From: Candidatus Shapirobacteria bacterium CG_4_10_14_0_8_um_filter_39_15
GTDB taxonomy: Bacteria > Patescibacteriota > Microgenomatia > UM-FILTER-39-15
NCBI GenBank assembly: GCA_002784465.1
Contig: PFLE01000004.1
Span: forward strand, 8,494 to 72,493
Direction: 5' to 3'
Length of the DNA: 64,000 bases
Shown: piece by piece, positions 18,555 to 28,353 of the stretch
How the letters are laid out: each line of letters opens with the position of its first letter
Numbering within the stretch: the first letter of the stretch is position 1
The notes under the pieces: model-generated
What the model was told of the DNA's origin: nothing
Database searches by the model: none
The model's input: the letters and a program-made list of their open reading frames with translations, nothing else
Made by a program: the position numbers and the translations under genes

Positions 18555-19109
18555 ATGAACTTAACTGACATTCGTCCTAAAATGGAAAAAGCCCTGGAAA
18601 TTCTTCAGGGAGAATTATCTTCAATCCGCACCGGACGGGCTACTTCTTCACTGGTTGAAAATATTGTCTGTTCTGTATATGGAGGAGCCCAAAAATTAAA
18701 AGTGGTTGAGTTGGGAATGATTGGTGTTTTGGATGCCAGAACTATTACCATAACTCCTTGGGACAATTCCATTGTTGGAGAAATCCGTCAGGGAATTTTA
18801 GCGGCCAACGTTGGATTAATGCCGATTATTGACGGAGCGGTGATTCGGGTGGCGGTTCCGGCGTTAACTTTGGAACGGCGCCAGGAATACATAAAATTAT
18901 TATCAAGACAATTAGAAAATGGTAAAATTATGATCCGCCAGGTGAGACATGAGAAAATGGCGGATATTAAAAACAGTTTTGAGAATAAGGAAATGGGGGA
19001 AGATGAGAAATTCAGACTGGAAGAAGAATTACAGAAAGTGACTGATGAATTTGTTAATAAAATAGATGAGATAGGAAAGAAAAAAGAAGAAGAACTCCTT
19101 ACTGTATAA
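18555..19109 (+). CDS. frr: Ribosome recycling factor
   Basis: 184 aa with typical RRF sequence (MEKALEILQGELSSIRTGRA ... ). Confidence 0.88.
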   Translation: MNLTDIRPKMEKALEILQGELSSIRTGRATSSLVENIVCSVYGGAQKLKVVELGMIGVLDARTITITPWDNSIVGEIRQGILAANVGLMPIIDGAVIRVAVPALTLERRQEYIKLLSRQLENGKIMIRQVRHEKMADIKNSFENKEMGEDEKFRLEEELQKVTDEFVNKIDEIGKKKEEELLTV

Positions 19110-19221
19110 CAGTTAAACAGTAAAACGGTAAAACAGTATTCTGTTGATCGGTATGCTATCTTACTGACTTACTGACTACTGATTTACTGATATACCGTTT
19201 AACCAATTTACCGAAAAAGAC

Positions 19222-20400
19222 ATGTTATCAACCCTACTTATTTTTTTAATAATCCTTTCAATCTTGGTTCTAGTTCACGAGCTGGGTCATTTCCTGGTTG
19301 CTAAAAAAGCCGGGATCAAAGTTGAAGAATTTGGTTTTGGATTGCCGCCAAGAATTTGGGGAAAGAAAATTGGGGAGACAATATATTCCATTAATGTTTT
19401 ACCAATTGGAGGATTCGTAAAAATGTACGGGGAAGAAGGGGAGGTTGGGAAGCGGGAAGCAAGAAGCGAGAAGTTAGAAAGAGCATTCTATGCCAAATCT
19501 AAAAAAGTTAGATTAGCGGTAGTGGCGGCAGGCGTAACGATGAATTTTCTGTTGGCGGTGGGTATTTTTTCCTTTGTTTATGCCAAATTAGGGATTCCGG
19601 TAAAGACGAACCAAGTGAGAGTGGTGGAAATTGCTCCAAACTCTCCGGCATCGGTCAGCGGTTTACAATTAGACGATGTGATTATTAAAGCGGGTGAGGA
19701 AAAAATAGATGACGCCTCGAAATTTATCCAAGCTACGAAAAAATTCGCCGGCCAAAAAATGCCTTTGGAAATTGATCGGGTTAACAATCCCTGTAAGTCT
19801 AACGTAATGGGGGCGACTCCAGGTTTGGTGATTGCCTGTAAGGATGGAAACATGCTTTTTTATGTGACCCCCAGACTTAATCCACCGGCGAATGAAGGAC
19901 CGCTTGGAGTGGCAATTTCCCAAATAGAAAATAAATTTTATCCTTGGCCGGAGCAAATAGTCCGCGGTTCAATAGAAGGATTCAAGGAAGCCTTTGGTTG
20001 GATCCAGTTGATTCTTTCGGGTTTGGGAACAATGTTAAGTCAACTTTTCCACGGATCAGTGCCCAAAGATGTGGCCGGACCGATAGGGATTTTTCAAGTT
20101 ACCGGCGAAGTTTCCAAGGGAGGAATTTTATCTTTATTGCAATTTTTAGGAATTTTGTCGGTAAATTTGGCGGTTATCAACATTTTGCCCCTGCCGGCCT
20201 TAGATGGCGGACGGGTTTTGTTTATTGTAATAGAAACAATAACCAAAAGAAAAGTAAATCAGGAATTAGAAACCAAAATTCATAACATTGGAATGATAGT
20301 TTTACTCACCTTAATTCTTCTTATTACGATAAATGATATTTCCAGAATTTTAACAACTTTCGGTATCTTATCTCGTCTCCGTTCGCTTCTTCCATTATAA
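19222..20400 (+). CDS. rseP: RIP metalloprotease RseP (site-2 protease) with PDZ domain
   Basis: HExxH motif in a TM helix (VHELGHFLVAKKAG), a PDZ domain, and a C-terminal LDGG motif. Confidence 0.85.
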   Translation: MLSTLLIFLIILSILVLVHELGHFLVAKKAGIKVEEFGFGLPPRIWGKKIGETIYSINVLPIGGFVKMYGEEGEVGKREARSEKLERAFYAKSKKVRLAVVAAGVTMNFLLAVGIFSFVYAKLGIPVKTNQVRVVEIAPNSPASVSGLQLDDVIIKAGEEKIDDASKFIQATKKFAGQKMPLEIDRVNNPCKSNVMGATPGLVIACKDGNMLFYVTPRLNPPANEGPLGVAISQIENKFYPWPEQIVRGSIEGFKEAFGWIQLILSGLGTMLSQLFHGSVPKDVAGPIGIFQVTGEVSKGGILSLLQFLGILSVNLAVINILPLPALDGGRVLFIVIETITKRKVNQELETKIHNIGMIVLLTLILLITINDISRILTTFGILSRLRSLLPL

Positions 20401-20518
20401 CAAAGACAAGGAAACTACGTTCACACCTTAAAGGTGGACTAGATTCACACCTGGATATATGGTATAATCTTTTCACCTGCTACTATATTGAGATTCACAA
20501 GGATAAGGAGGAATTCAG

Positions 20519-20701
20519 ATGGGGAATCAGGGTTCTTTTACAAATAAGGCCTTGGATGAGGCAATGGACCAGTTGGTTGCCGTTTGGGTGGTGATTTTCA
20601 GCTTTGTTTGGATTTTCTATCGTAATAAATTCAATCCCTGGAATTTGGTACAGAGATTTCTACGTGATCTTTTCGATGGAATCGCGGGAATAAAAGGATA
20701 A
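20519..20701 (+). CDS. Hypothetical small membrane protein
   Basis: 60 aa with one TM helix, preceded by a TGGTATAAT -10-like box and direct repeats of TTCACACCT. Confidence 0.3.
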   Translation: MGNQGSFTNKALDEAMDQLVAVWVVIFSFVWIFYRNKFNPWNLVQRFLRDLFDGIAGIKG

Positions 20702-20761
20702 GGAGGAAGAGAATGTTGAGTGATGGAATTAGGGCGATCATTGCCAGAAAAGCACCTTCTG

Positions 20762-22025
20762 TAACAAGAAATCTCAATTTTGACACTTTTAGGAAATCTG
20801 AATTTTGAAAAACTGAAGGGCAGGTTAAACCTTCAGTCTGAATTGGTAAATGATTTTACCCATTGATTCCAAAGATACTTTATCTCCCCTCAGGTAAAGC
20901 CAAACCCGACATGCTATATATCCTGGTGGAATTTTGTATCGGATTCCAAACAAAGAGATGGTCGAGTCGGTATACACAAACCTCCTTACGGTAATGGTTA
21001 AAAGTTCTTGTAATTCTTGTTTGGATTTTGTCCGTTCCGATGGCTGGTAGACTTCGGCTGGAGTTCTTTTGTGCATCCCTAACCCCTCGGACTTGAATTC
21101 TTCATTGAACTTAATTTGCCACTCGAAGAATCTTTTGTTTAGCTCTTCAAAAAATCTGACATCAAGATTTTCCCTAACAAAATCCCTTTGTAAAAATCTC
21201 CAGAATCTCTCAATTTTCCCTTTGGTTTGGGCTTTATGGGCAAAGATTAACTGTATTCCCAACTGTTTAGCATAATCCTGGTAAGTTGCTTCACCTTTAA
21301 GGTTGGTTGACCGGTATTGTGATCCCTTGTCCTGCAAAATGGCTTTTGGTAAACCCCACTGAAAAAGACAATGAGACCAAACCCGAAAAACATTCATCTG
21401 TGTTTGTTTGGAAAACCACTTTCCTCCGAGAACGAATCGGGAGCAATCGTCAATATTCGCAATCAGATACGCCCAACAGCCAATCTCTTTAGTGTAGGAA
21501 TTAACAAGACACGGAAAGAATATCTTCCCCATAATGTCAGCTTGCCACAGATCATTGGGAGATTGAGCCACAAACCGAGTGATGGGCTTAAGTCTTTCAA
21601 TGTTTAGATGACTTAAACCTTCTTCGACAAAAATCTGGTTTACTCTTCTTTGGGTAATTTGTTTTATGCCGGTCAGCTCGAGTACTTTTCTGGCTGATCT
21701 GAAAGATTTCTCTCTTTTCCTGGAAATAATCTCTGATCTTTGCCCGAGAGTTATTTTACAGAAATTAGAATGCCTGCCGTCCCTTAATGCTCCCAGGCCA
21801 TCTTTAACTGATTTTTTCAGATAGTTGTAAATTGTTTGCCGGCTACAGCTAAGCTCTTTTGCGGCTTGGGTTGGGGTAATTTTTCTTTTTAAAACCCTAC
21901 CAATTGTTAGTTTTTTGTTTTCAAGTTCTAACTTCTTCACTTTTCTCACCTCCAATCATTTGGAAATGAGTTTAGCGTAAAAGTTGAGATTTCGTTTATA
22001 TGTAAAAGTTTAGATTTCTCTTAAC
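20762..22025. mobile_element. IS481-like insertion sequence (imperfect terminal inverted repeats around GAGATTTCTYG)
   Basis: Contains a single 376-aa HTH plus rve (DDE) transposase gene. The left end AAGAAATCTCAATTTTGACACTTTT matches, as an inverted repeat, the right end TAAAAGTTGAGATTTCG / TAAAAGTTTAGATTTCTC. Confidence 0.5.
20825..21955 (-). CDS. DDE transposase (integrase core / rve domain), IS481-family-like
   Basis: N-terminal HTH (TPTQAAKELSCSRQTIYNYLKK) and an rve core (WQADIMGK ... AHKAQTKGKIERFWRFLQRDF). Confidence 0.75.
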   Translation of the reverse strand: MEVRKVKKLELENKKLTIGRVLKRKITPTQAAKELSCSRQTIYNYLKKSVKDGLGALRDGRHSNFCKITLGQRSEIISRKREKSFRSARKVLELTGIKQITQRRVNQIFVEEGLSHLNIERLKPITRFVAQSPNDLWQADIMGKIFFPCLVNSYTKEIGCWAYLIANIDDCSRFVLGGKWFSKQTQMNVFRVWSHCLFQWGLPKAILQDKGSQYRSTNLKGEATYQDYAKQLGIQLIFAHKAQTKGKIERFWRFLQRDFVRENLDVRFFEELNKRFFEWQIKFNEEFKSEGLGMHKRTPAEVYQPSERTKSKQELQELLTITVRRFVYTDSTISLFGIRYKIPPGYIACRVWLYLRGDKVSLESMGKIIYQFRLKV

Positions 22026-22038
22026 ACCTTCACGGGAA

Positions 22039-22515
22039 TTGACAGAGGAACAGGTTATCGCGATGATTGAGAAAACGCCAGGGTGGAGGATTGCCCGGCC
22101 AGGCAGGTTCACTATTCGTGAACGTGCAATAAAAATATATCCTCCTGGTTCAACCGGGTGGGTTGTTGAGAAATACTTGGTTGTTGGTGAACCGGTACGA
22201 TTGGTTTGGAAATGGAATCAGGAAATCGAGGAATTGATTGGCGAAAGACGCTTAACATTGATTCCCATGATAAACTGGGATTCCTGGGTGTGTGAGATGT
22301 GGGTAGATTCTAAGCCCGTTCTTGAAGCCAACGGAATCAAACCCAAGATTTTGATTCTTGAAGAGCAAGTCGTAGAATTGCCAATTCCTGCTTATATTTC
22401 GCGGGGGGAGACAACCTGTTGCCTGGTTTCCGAGATCAATCAGTTTGTTGATCCTCTTGACCAACAACTACAGGCAATACGGGGGTTAATCGCTGCAAAT
22501 GTATCGAGAGGATAG
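22039..22515 (+). CDS. Hypothetical protein (IS-adjacent)
   Basis: 158 aa with no recognisable motif; likely a non-ATG start. Confidence 0.3.
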   Translation: MTEEQVIAMIEKTPGWRIARPGRFTIRERAIKIYPPGSTGWVVEKYLVVGEPVRLVWKWNQEIEELIGERRLTLIPMINWDSWVCEMWVDSKPVLEANGIKPKILILEEQVVELPIPAYISRGETTCCLVSEINQFVDPLDQQLQAIRGLIAANVSRG

Positions 22516-22645
22516 ATTAAGGCAACAAAACACCTGGAGATAGGGTAAAAATACAAAGTTATCCAATTCTCCAGGTTTCTTTTTGTACAATTAGGTGTTG
22601 CAAATTATACCCCGATCGTGGTAATAATAGTAATAGATAAAGAAA

Positions 22646-23386
22646 ATGGCAAAGAATTTAAGAATTAGAGACTTTGTTCTTTTAGGATTAGCGATCGCTG
22701 GTGATACTTTTAGTGAATTTACTCAATCGCCTTCAATAAAACTTGGAAAAATCAAAGGTACTCTTCCTCCTAATTATGGTGTTACCAATTTCACCTCGGC
22801 AGTTTCTAAAATGCTCAAAACCGGTCAGATTGAAAAAATTATTAAAAAAGGTGAACCATATTTAAGATTGACTAATAATGGCAAAAAAATTTTAATCAGG
22901 GATTTCCCGTTGTTTAAATTGAGAAATCAGAAATGGAATGGTAAATGGAGGTTGGTATTTTATGATATTCCGGAAAAAATGAGAACGAAAAGGGAGTATT
23001 TACAGACAAAATTAAAAGAATTGGGTTTTGGCATGATTCAGGAAAGCGTTTATTTAAGTCCTTTTGATCTGGCGGAAGATTTAGAAGAATTTATTATCAG
23101 TCAAGGATTGCAGGATTATGTTTTTATTCACGTTGGAAAACAAATCATAGCAGGTGAAATAAAATCGTTGGTTGAAAAGCTTTGGAAAATCGAGAGCTTG
23201 GACAAGAGATACGAAGAAATTTTACTAAAGATTAAATCCAGGAAGGAACAAAACGAGATTTTCAAAGAATACGAAGAAATTTTAAAAGACGATCCCTGTT
23301 TACCTCTGGATTTGTTACCGAATAACTGGGTAGGGGAAAGAGTGAGGAAAGAAATGGGGTTACTTTTTAAACCACGATCGGGGTAA
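22646..23386 (+). CDS. PaaX-like winged-helix regulator, paralog 2
   Basis: Has a wHTH, the core KWNGKWRLVFYDIPEKMRTKREYLQTKLKELGFGMIQESVYLSPFD, and the C-terminal motif DDPCLPLDLLPNNWVGE. It is bracketed by 25-bp direct repeats at 22610-22634 and 23372-23396. Confidence 0.7.
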   Translation: MAKNLRIRDFVLLGLAIAGDTFSEFTQSPSIKLGKIKGTLPPNYGVTNFTSAVSKMLKTGQIEKIIKKGEPYLRLTNNGKKILIRDFPLFKLRNQKWNGKWRLVFYDIPEKMRTKREYLQTKLKELGFGMIQESVYLSPFDLAEDLEEFIISQGLQDYVFIHVGKQIIAGEIKSLVEKLWKIESLDKRYEEILLKIKSRKEQNEIFKEYEEILKDDPCLPLDLLPNNWVGERVRKEMGLLFKPRSG

Positions 23387-23435
23387 AATTAGTAATATTG
23401 TCTTTTTAAAAAATTAATTGGTATAATTATTATTA

Positions 23436-24662
23436 ATGCGTTATTCACAACTTTTTGGTAAAACTTTAAGGCAAGTTCCTAAAGAAGCGGAAGCAATTTC
23501 TCACCAATTACTAACCCGCGGCGGATTTATTGATAGGCAACTTACCGCCGGAGTTTATTCACTTCTTCCTCTCGGCTGGCGGGTCTATAAGAAAATTGAA
23601 AATATTATTCGGGAGGAAATGAATGCTATTGGCGGTCAAGAATTATTTTTGCCGGCGTTACAACCAAAAGAACTTTGGCTGCGTTCTAATCGCTGGGACA
23701 ATATGGATCCGCCTTTGTTTAAGTTTAAAGACCGACACGAAAAGGAATTAACAATTGCGCCTACCCACGAAGAAGTGATTACCGATTTGGCCAGTCGGAT
23801 GATTAATTCCTATCGCGATTTGCCATTGGCAATTTACCAAATTCAAAATAAATTTCGTAATGAAATGCGGGTTAATGGCGGGCTATTGCGAGTTCGGGAA
23901 TTTATGATGAAGGATTTGTACTCTTTCCACAGTTCGGTTGAAGATCTTGATCAATATTATCTGGAAGTGATTGACGCTTACAAAAATATTTTCAGCCGTT
24001 GCGGATTTCATGCCAAAATTGTCGAGTCCAGTTCGGGAACAATCGGGGGAGATCAATCAAACGAATTTCAAATGATTTGCGAAACCGGCGAGGATACGAT
24101 CGTTTGCTGCAAAACCTGCGATTGGGCGGCCAATGTGGAAAAAAGCAATCCGGAGCGGTGTCCGAAATGCGGTTCGGATATCGAAAGAGTTCATTCAATT
24201 GAAAACGGTCACGCCTTTAAATTGGGAACAAAATATGCGGAAAGTATGGGCGCATTTTTTACCGACGAATCAGGACACAGAAAACCTTTAATAATGGGTT
24301 GTTACGGAATCGGTTTGGGACGATTAATGGCGACGGTGGTCGAAGAATATCACGACGAAAAAGGAATTCTTTGGCCTCAAAATATTGCTCCGTATTTAGT
24401 TGATTTGGTTGATTTGGGTTTGAAAGAACGCGGGGGAGAAATCTACAATACTTTAACTCGTTTTGGCGCTGAAGTATTATGGGATGATCGGGATGTCACT
24501 GCCGGTAATAAATTTGCCGATGCTGATTTAATCGGTTTACCAATCAGATTGGTAGTTTCGGAAAAATCCGGAGACTTGGTCGAAATAAAAAGACGCGATG
24601 AACAACAAACAGAACTCCTTGATATTGAACAAATAGTTACCCGCCTGCAAGCGATGAAATGA
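23436..24662 (+). CDS. proS: Prolyl-tRNA synthetase (compact form without the INS editing domain)
   Basis: Class II aaRS motifs and a ProRS N-terminus (MRYSQLFGKTLRQVPKEAEAISHQLL); the C-terminal anticodon-binding domain is present. Confidence 0.85.
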   Translation: MRYSQLFGKTLRQVPKEAEAISHQLLTRGGFIDRQLTAGVYSLLPLGWRVYKKIENIIREEMNAIGGQELFLPALQPKELWLRSNRWDNMDPPLFKFKDRHEKELTIAPTHEEVITDLASRMINSYRDLPLAIYQIQNKFRNEMRVNGGLLRVREFMMKDLYSFHSSVEDLDQYYLEVIDAYKNIFSRCGFHAKIVESSSGTIGGDQSNEFQMICETGEDTIVCCKTCDWAANVEKSNPERCPKCGSDIERVHSIENGHAFKLGTKYAESMGAFFTDESGHRKPLIMGCYGIGLGRLMATVVEEYHDEKGILWPQNIAPYLVDLVDLGLKERGGEIYNTLTRFGAEVLWDDRDVTAGNKFADADLIGLPIRLVVSEKSGDLVEIKRRDEQQTELLDIEQIVTRLQAMK

Positions 24663-25675
24663 AAAAGAAAAAGATTGTGGTTATCGGCGGCGGATCCGGA
24701 ACTTACCAGGTCCTTCTGGGTTTAAAAAAATTTCCTTTAGATCTAACGGCGGTGGTCACGATGTCCGATTCCGGCGGGTCTTCGGGACGATTAAGGAAAG
24801 ATTTGGGAATTCTGCCTCCGGGTGATGTCCGGCGGGCGCTTTTGGCTTTGTCTAACCTTCATATTAAGAAAAACACTTTAAAAAAACTTTTTGATTTTCG
24901 TTTTAATAACGGCGAATTGGCCGGTCATTCCATTGGTAATTTATTACTGGCCGCTTTAACGCAAATTACCGGCCGGCCGGATTTAGCCATTTCCGAAGCC
25001 CAAAAAATCTTGGAAGTTTCCGGGCAAGTTTTGCCGGTGACGGTTGACAACACGGATTTGGTTGCCCGATTAGAGGACGGAACCATTATTAGGGGCGAAC
25101 ACGATATTGACGTTCGGGAGATCAAGCCGGATATTCCGATTGCCGAAGTTTATCTTTCACCAAATGCAAAAGTTTTTCCCGGGGCGCAAAAGGCAATCTG
25201 CCAAGCAGACTTAATTGTTTTAGGTCCGGGGGATTTATACACTTCAATCATTCCCAATTTATTGGTAACGGGTGTTAGCGAAGCAATTAACAAGTCAAAA
25301 TCAAAACTGGTTTATGTGTGTAATTTAATGACTAAGCACGGAGAGACAGATAATTTTACCACTACTGATTTTGTCCGCGAAATCAAAAAATATTTAAAAT
25401 TAGACAAAAAAATTCTGGATTATTTGGTTGTCAATGAGCAAATAAAATTGCCGGTGTCGGTTTCTTCCTGGTATAAAAAATATCATTCGGTACCGGTTAA
25501 AATCGAGCCGGATAATTTGGAAGGAACAAAATTAATTAAAGGTTCTTTTGTCCAGCCGGGAAAATTAATCAGACATGACCCGGCCAAGTTAGCCAAGACG
25601 ATTATGAAAATAATAAAAGATGAACAGTTAATCAGCAAAACAGGGAAAGTATATCGGAGAATGGAAGATCAGTAA
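24659..25675 (+). CDS. YvcK / CofD-family (UPF0052) gluconeogenesis factor-like protein
   Basis: N-terminal GGGSGT motif (VVIGGGSGTYQVL ... MSDSGGSSGRLR) typical of the CofD/YvcK family. Confidence 0.75.
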   Translation: MKKKKIVVIGGGSGTYQVLLGLKKFPLDLTAVVTMSDSGGSSGRLRKDLGILPPGDVRRALLALSNLHIKKNTLKKLFDFRFNNGELAGHSIGNLLLAALTQITGRPDLAISEAQKILEVSGQVLPVTVDNTDLVARLEDGTIIRGEHDIDVREIKPDIPIAEVYLSPNAKVFPGAQKAICQADLIVLGPGDLYTSIIPNLLVTGVSEAINKSKSKLVYVCNLMTKHGETDNFTTTDFVREIKKYLKLDKKILDYLVVNEQIKLPVSVSSWYKKYHSVPVKIEPDNLEGTKLIKGSFVQPGKLIRHDPAKLAKTIMKIIKDEQLISKTGKVYRRMEDQ

Positions 25676-25724
25676 ACAGGAAACTAATCTCTAATCTCTG
25701 TTCTCTTATCCAGATTATACTGAT

Positions 25725-26591
25725 TTGCTGATATTCTATTCTATGGTAAAACTAATTGTTACCCATATAAATCCTGATCTAGATGCCTTATCCAGTATTT
25801 GGTTGATTAAGCGTTTTTTTCCGACCTGGGAAAAGGCTGATATGCAATTTGTTCCGGCGGGAAAAACTTTTCGGGGTGCACCTCCGGATGACGATCAAGA
25901 AATTATTCATGTTGATACCGGTTTTGGTAAATACGACCATCACCAAACCGCTAAATTTACCTGCGCGGCGGAATTGGTTTACAAGGAAGTAAAAAAAAGA
26001 CAAAAATTATCGGAAGACAACCAAAAAGCTTTGGAAAGATTTATCAAAGTTAATGTGGAATTGGATTCTGGTCGGGATATTAGTTGGGAAGATGCTCAAA
26101 ATGATCGATACGAATTTATGGTAAGTAATTTTATGGCTAGCATTAAGTTTTCCCAAGAAAAAAAAGATGAAGAAAAAGTCAATTATTTTTTACCGATTAT
26201 TGATGCTATTTTTCAAACAATAAAAAATAAAATTAAGGCAGAAAACGAAATTAAAAAAGGAAAAGAATTTGAAACTCTCTGGGGAAAGGGGATTGGAATG
26301 GAAACCGGTTTGGATGATGTTTTAACAGTTGGAGAGAAAATGGGCTATTCTTTGGTTGTCAAAAAAAATCCCAAGGATGGTCATGTCAGAATTTTTGGGC
26401 GTTGGGACAAAAAAATAGATTTAACCAAAGCTTTTGGAAAATTTCAGAAAAAAGATCCCATGGCCTCTTGGTATCTTCACCCAAGTAAGTGTTTGCTTTT
26501 AAACGGTTCCCGTTCAGATCCGGACATGGTTCCCACAAAACTTTCTTTGGAAGAAATTATTAAAATTGTGGGAAAGAAAAAACCGTCCTAA
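25725..26591 (+). CDS. DHH-family phosphoesterase
   Basis: DHH motifs (HINPDLDAL; VDTGFGKYDHHQ). Confidence 0.65.
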   Translation: MLIFYSMVKLIVTHINPDLDALSSIWLIKRFFPTWEKADMQFVPAGKTFRGAPPDDDQEIIHVDTGFGKYDHHQTAKFTCAAELVYKEVKKRQKLSEDNQKALERFIKVNVELDSGRDISWEDAQNDRYEFMVSNFMASIKFSQEKKDEEKVNYFLPIIDAIFQTIKNKIKAENEIKKGKEFETLWGKGIGMETGLDDVLTVGEKMGYSLVVKKNPKDGHVRIFGRWDKKIDLTKAFGKFQKKDPMASWYLHPSKCLLLNGSRSDPDMVPTKLSLEEIIKIVGKKKPS

Positions 26592-26619
26592 CGGTGGTTT
26601 GTTAGAACGGTTTAGTAGA

Positions 26620-27021
26620 TCAATCAAAACATCTTGAATTAAGATCATTGGTTGAACCGGTAATTCTCTGGAGCATCGGCGGATAGAACTGCTGACCAAC
26701 CGAAAAGGCCAGAGCTCGGAGCTGAAATTCCAGAGTGGTTGCCCAGTCCTGCTCGTCATGATCAAGGGTGAACAGTTCTGTGCTGATGGCATCTATCTTT
26801 CTGGCAACATTGCACAGATAGCGCCTTTTGTTTTCGGTTAATACGCGGGCATAATTCCGAATGTCCGCAGTAGCTCTTACAATTGAATCCCAGTTGTTAG
26901 GATCCATCTGGATAACAACATCCTCTTCAATGACTTTGAATCGGAATTCAATCAAACCAACGGCCGGGATTTGGTTCGGGGCTGCAATCGCTGCCCTCAA
27001 CAGACTCGGATTTACGTTCAT
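26620..27021 (-). CDS. Hypothetical protein (opposite strand to neighbours; visibly higher GC)
   Basis: 133 aa ORF with no recognisable motif. Its codon usage is richer in GCC/GGC than its neighbours. Confidence 0.35.
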   Translation of the reverse strand: MNVNPSLLRAAIAAPNQIPAVGLIEFRFKVIEEDVVIQMDPNNWDSIVRATADIRNYARVLTENKRRYLCNVARKIDAISTELFTLDHDEQDWATTLEFQLRALAFSVGQQFYPPMLQRITGSTNDLNSRCFD

Positions 27022-27132
27022 CTCCTGCCTCCTTTTGTTGATAAGTTAATCTTGCAACCGAATTCCTTGATTCTGGGTGATATTATAAGCCTCTGAACTT
27101 CCAAAAGCAAACCAAAATTTGTATGATATAAT

Positions 27133-27489
27133 ATGTCTATGGAAAACTGTGTTTTTTGTAAAATTATTGCGGGAGAGATGCCGGCAAAATTTGTTTATCA
27201 GGATGATTTGATAGTTGCTTTTCCAGATATCAAACCTTCGGCGCCGGTGCACATTTTAATTGTTCCCAAGAAACATACGGAATCTTTGAAAACCACCAGT
27301 GAGGAAGATCAGGTTTTGCTGGGAAAAATGTTGTTAATCGCCGGAAAGATTGCTAAAGACCTGGGAATTTCTGAATCCGGATTCAAAGTTGTAATCAATA
27401 ATGGACCGGACGCCGGACAATTAGTAAAACATTTGCATTTTCATTTACTTGGCGGATGGGCCAAGAACGAAGGGCGGGTGACTATTTAA
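27133..27489 (+). CDS. HIT-family (histidine triad) protein
   Basis: HxHxHxx motif (HLHFHLLGG). Confidence 0.85.
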   Translation: MSMENCVFCKIIAGEMPAKFVYQDDLIVAFPDIKPSAPVHILIVPKKHTESLKTTSEEDQVLLGKMLLIAGKIAKDLGISESGFKVVINNGPDAGQLVKHLHFHLLGGWAKNEGRVTI

Positions 27490-27492
27490 TTT

Positions 27493-27681
27493 ATGGCAAC
27501 CATTGTTAAGAAAAAACCAGGTCAAACCGACGATCAGTTAATTGCCCAATTTAAGAAAAAAGTTCTCTATGAAGAAATTATCGAAGAAGTGAGGGAAAGA
27601 GAATTCTATACCAAACCTTCCCGAAAAAGATATGAACGGGAAAGGGCGAATAAAAACAGAAAACCCTCTAGGTACTATTGA
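27493..27681 (+). CDS. rpsU: 30S ribosomal protein S21
   Basis: 62 aa basic protein (KPGQTDDQLIAQFKKKV ... RKRYERERANKNRKPS). Confidence 0.8.
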   Translation: MATIVKKKPGQTDDQLIAQFKKKVLYEEIIEEVREREFYTKPSRKRYERERANKNRKPSRYY

Positions 27682-27778
27682 TGGGTTAGGTTATTGGGTT
27701 AGGGTGAGGCAGTTGGTATGGTCATAAGGTAAGGTTAATAGGAATTTTCCACCTTACCATAACCATTTCCCAAACTAA

Positions 27779-28261
27779 TTGCTTAACCCTTACCTTGGCC
27801 AGAATAAATACAATATGCTACAAGAGCAACTCAAAACTGATCTAATAATTGCTATGAAAGCGAAAGACCCGGAAAGAGTTTCGACTTTACGGTTTTTGCT
27901 TTCGGCGATAAATAATAAACAGATTGAATTACAGCGGGATTTAACGGATGAGGATGTGGTAGGGGTAATTGGTCACCAAATTAAAGAAAGGAAAGAATCA
28001 ATTGAAGCGTTTACCGCCGGTAACCGTCAGGACTTGGTTGATAAAGAAAAACACGAAATGGAAATTTTGTCCGGCTATATGCCGGAACAGATGCCGGAAA
28101 GGGAACTGGAACAAGTTGTCAACCAAGTAATTAAAGAAACAGGAGCATCAAGCCCAGCTGATTTTGGAAAAGTAATGGGAATGGTGATGGCAAGAGTTAA
28201 GGGAAAAGCGGATGGGAATAAAGTAGGAGGAATTGTTAAGAAACAACTAAAGTCATTCTGA
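27779..28261 (+). CDS. GatB/YqeY domain protein
   Basis: YqeY-like sequence (LKTDLIIAMKAKDPERVSTLRFLLSAI ...). The stop codon lies inside a hairpin repeat. Confidence 0.7.
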   Translation: MLNPYLGQNKYNMLQEQLKTDLIIAMKAKDPERVSTLRFLLSAINNKQIELQRDLTDEDVVGVIGHQIKERKESIEAFTAGNRQDLVDKEKHEMEILSGYMPEQMPERELEQVVNQVIKETGASSPADFGKVMGMVMARVKGKADGNKVGGIVKKQLKSF

Positions 28262-28330
28262 GCCAGCAGGCGAAGAATCTAGCGAAGCGTGCGGCCTGCG
28301 GCCTAGATCCTTCACTTTATTCAGGATGAC
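28252..28330. repeat. Hairpin repeat R, copy 6
   Basis: GTCATTCTGAGCcagcagGCGAAGAATCTAG ... CCTAGATCCTTC ... TCAGGATGAC. It supplies the stop codon of the GatB/YqeY gene. Confidence 0.85.
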
Positions 28331-28353
28331 ATTTTTCTTATTGACAACTCTAC

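Noticed and set aside
18471-18555. Absence of pyrH between tsf and frr as a deletion event
   Set aside because: The gap is occupied by a hairpin repeat. The absence of pyrH cannot be judged from a 64 kb window, as the gene may be elsewhere.
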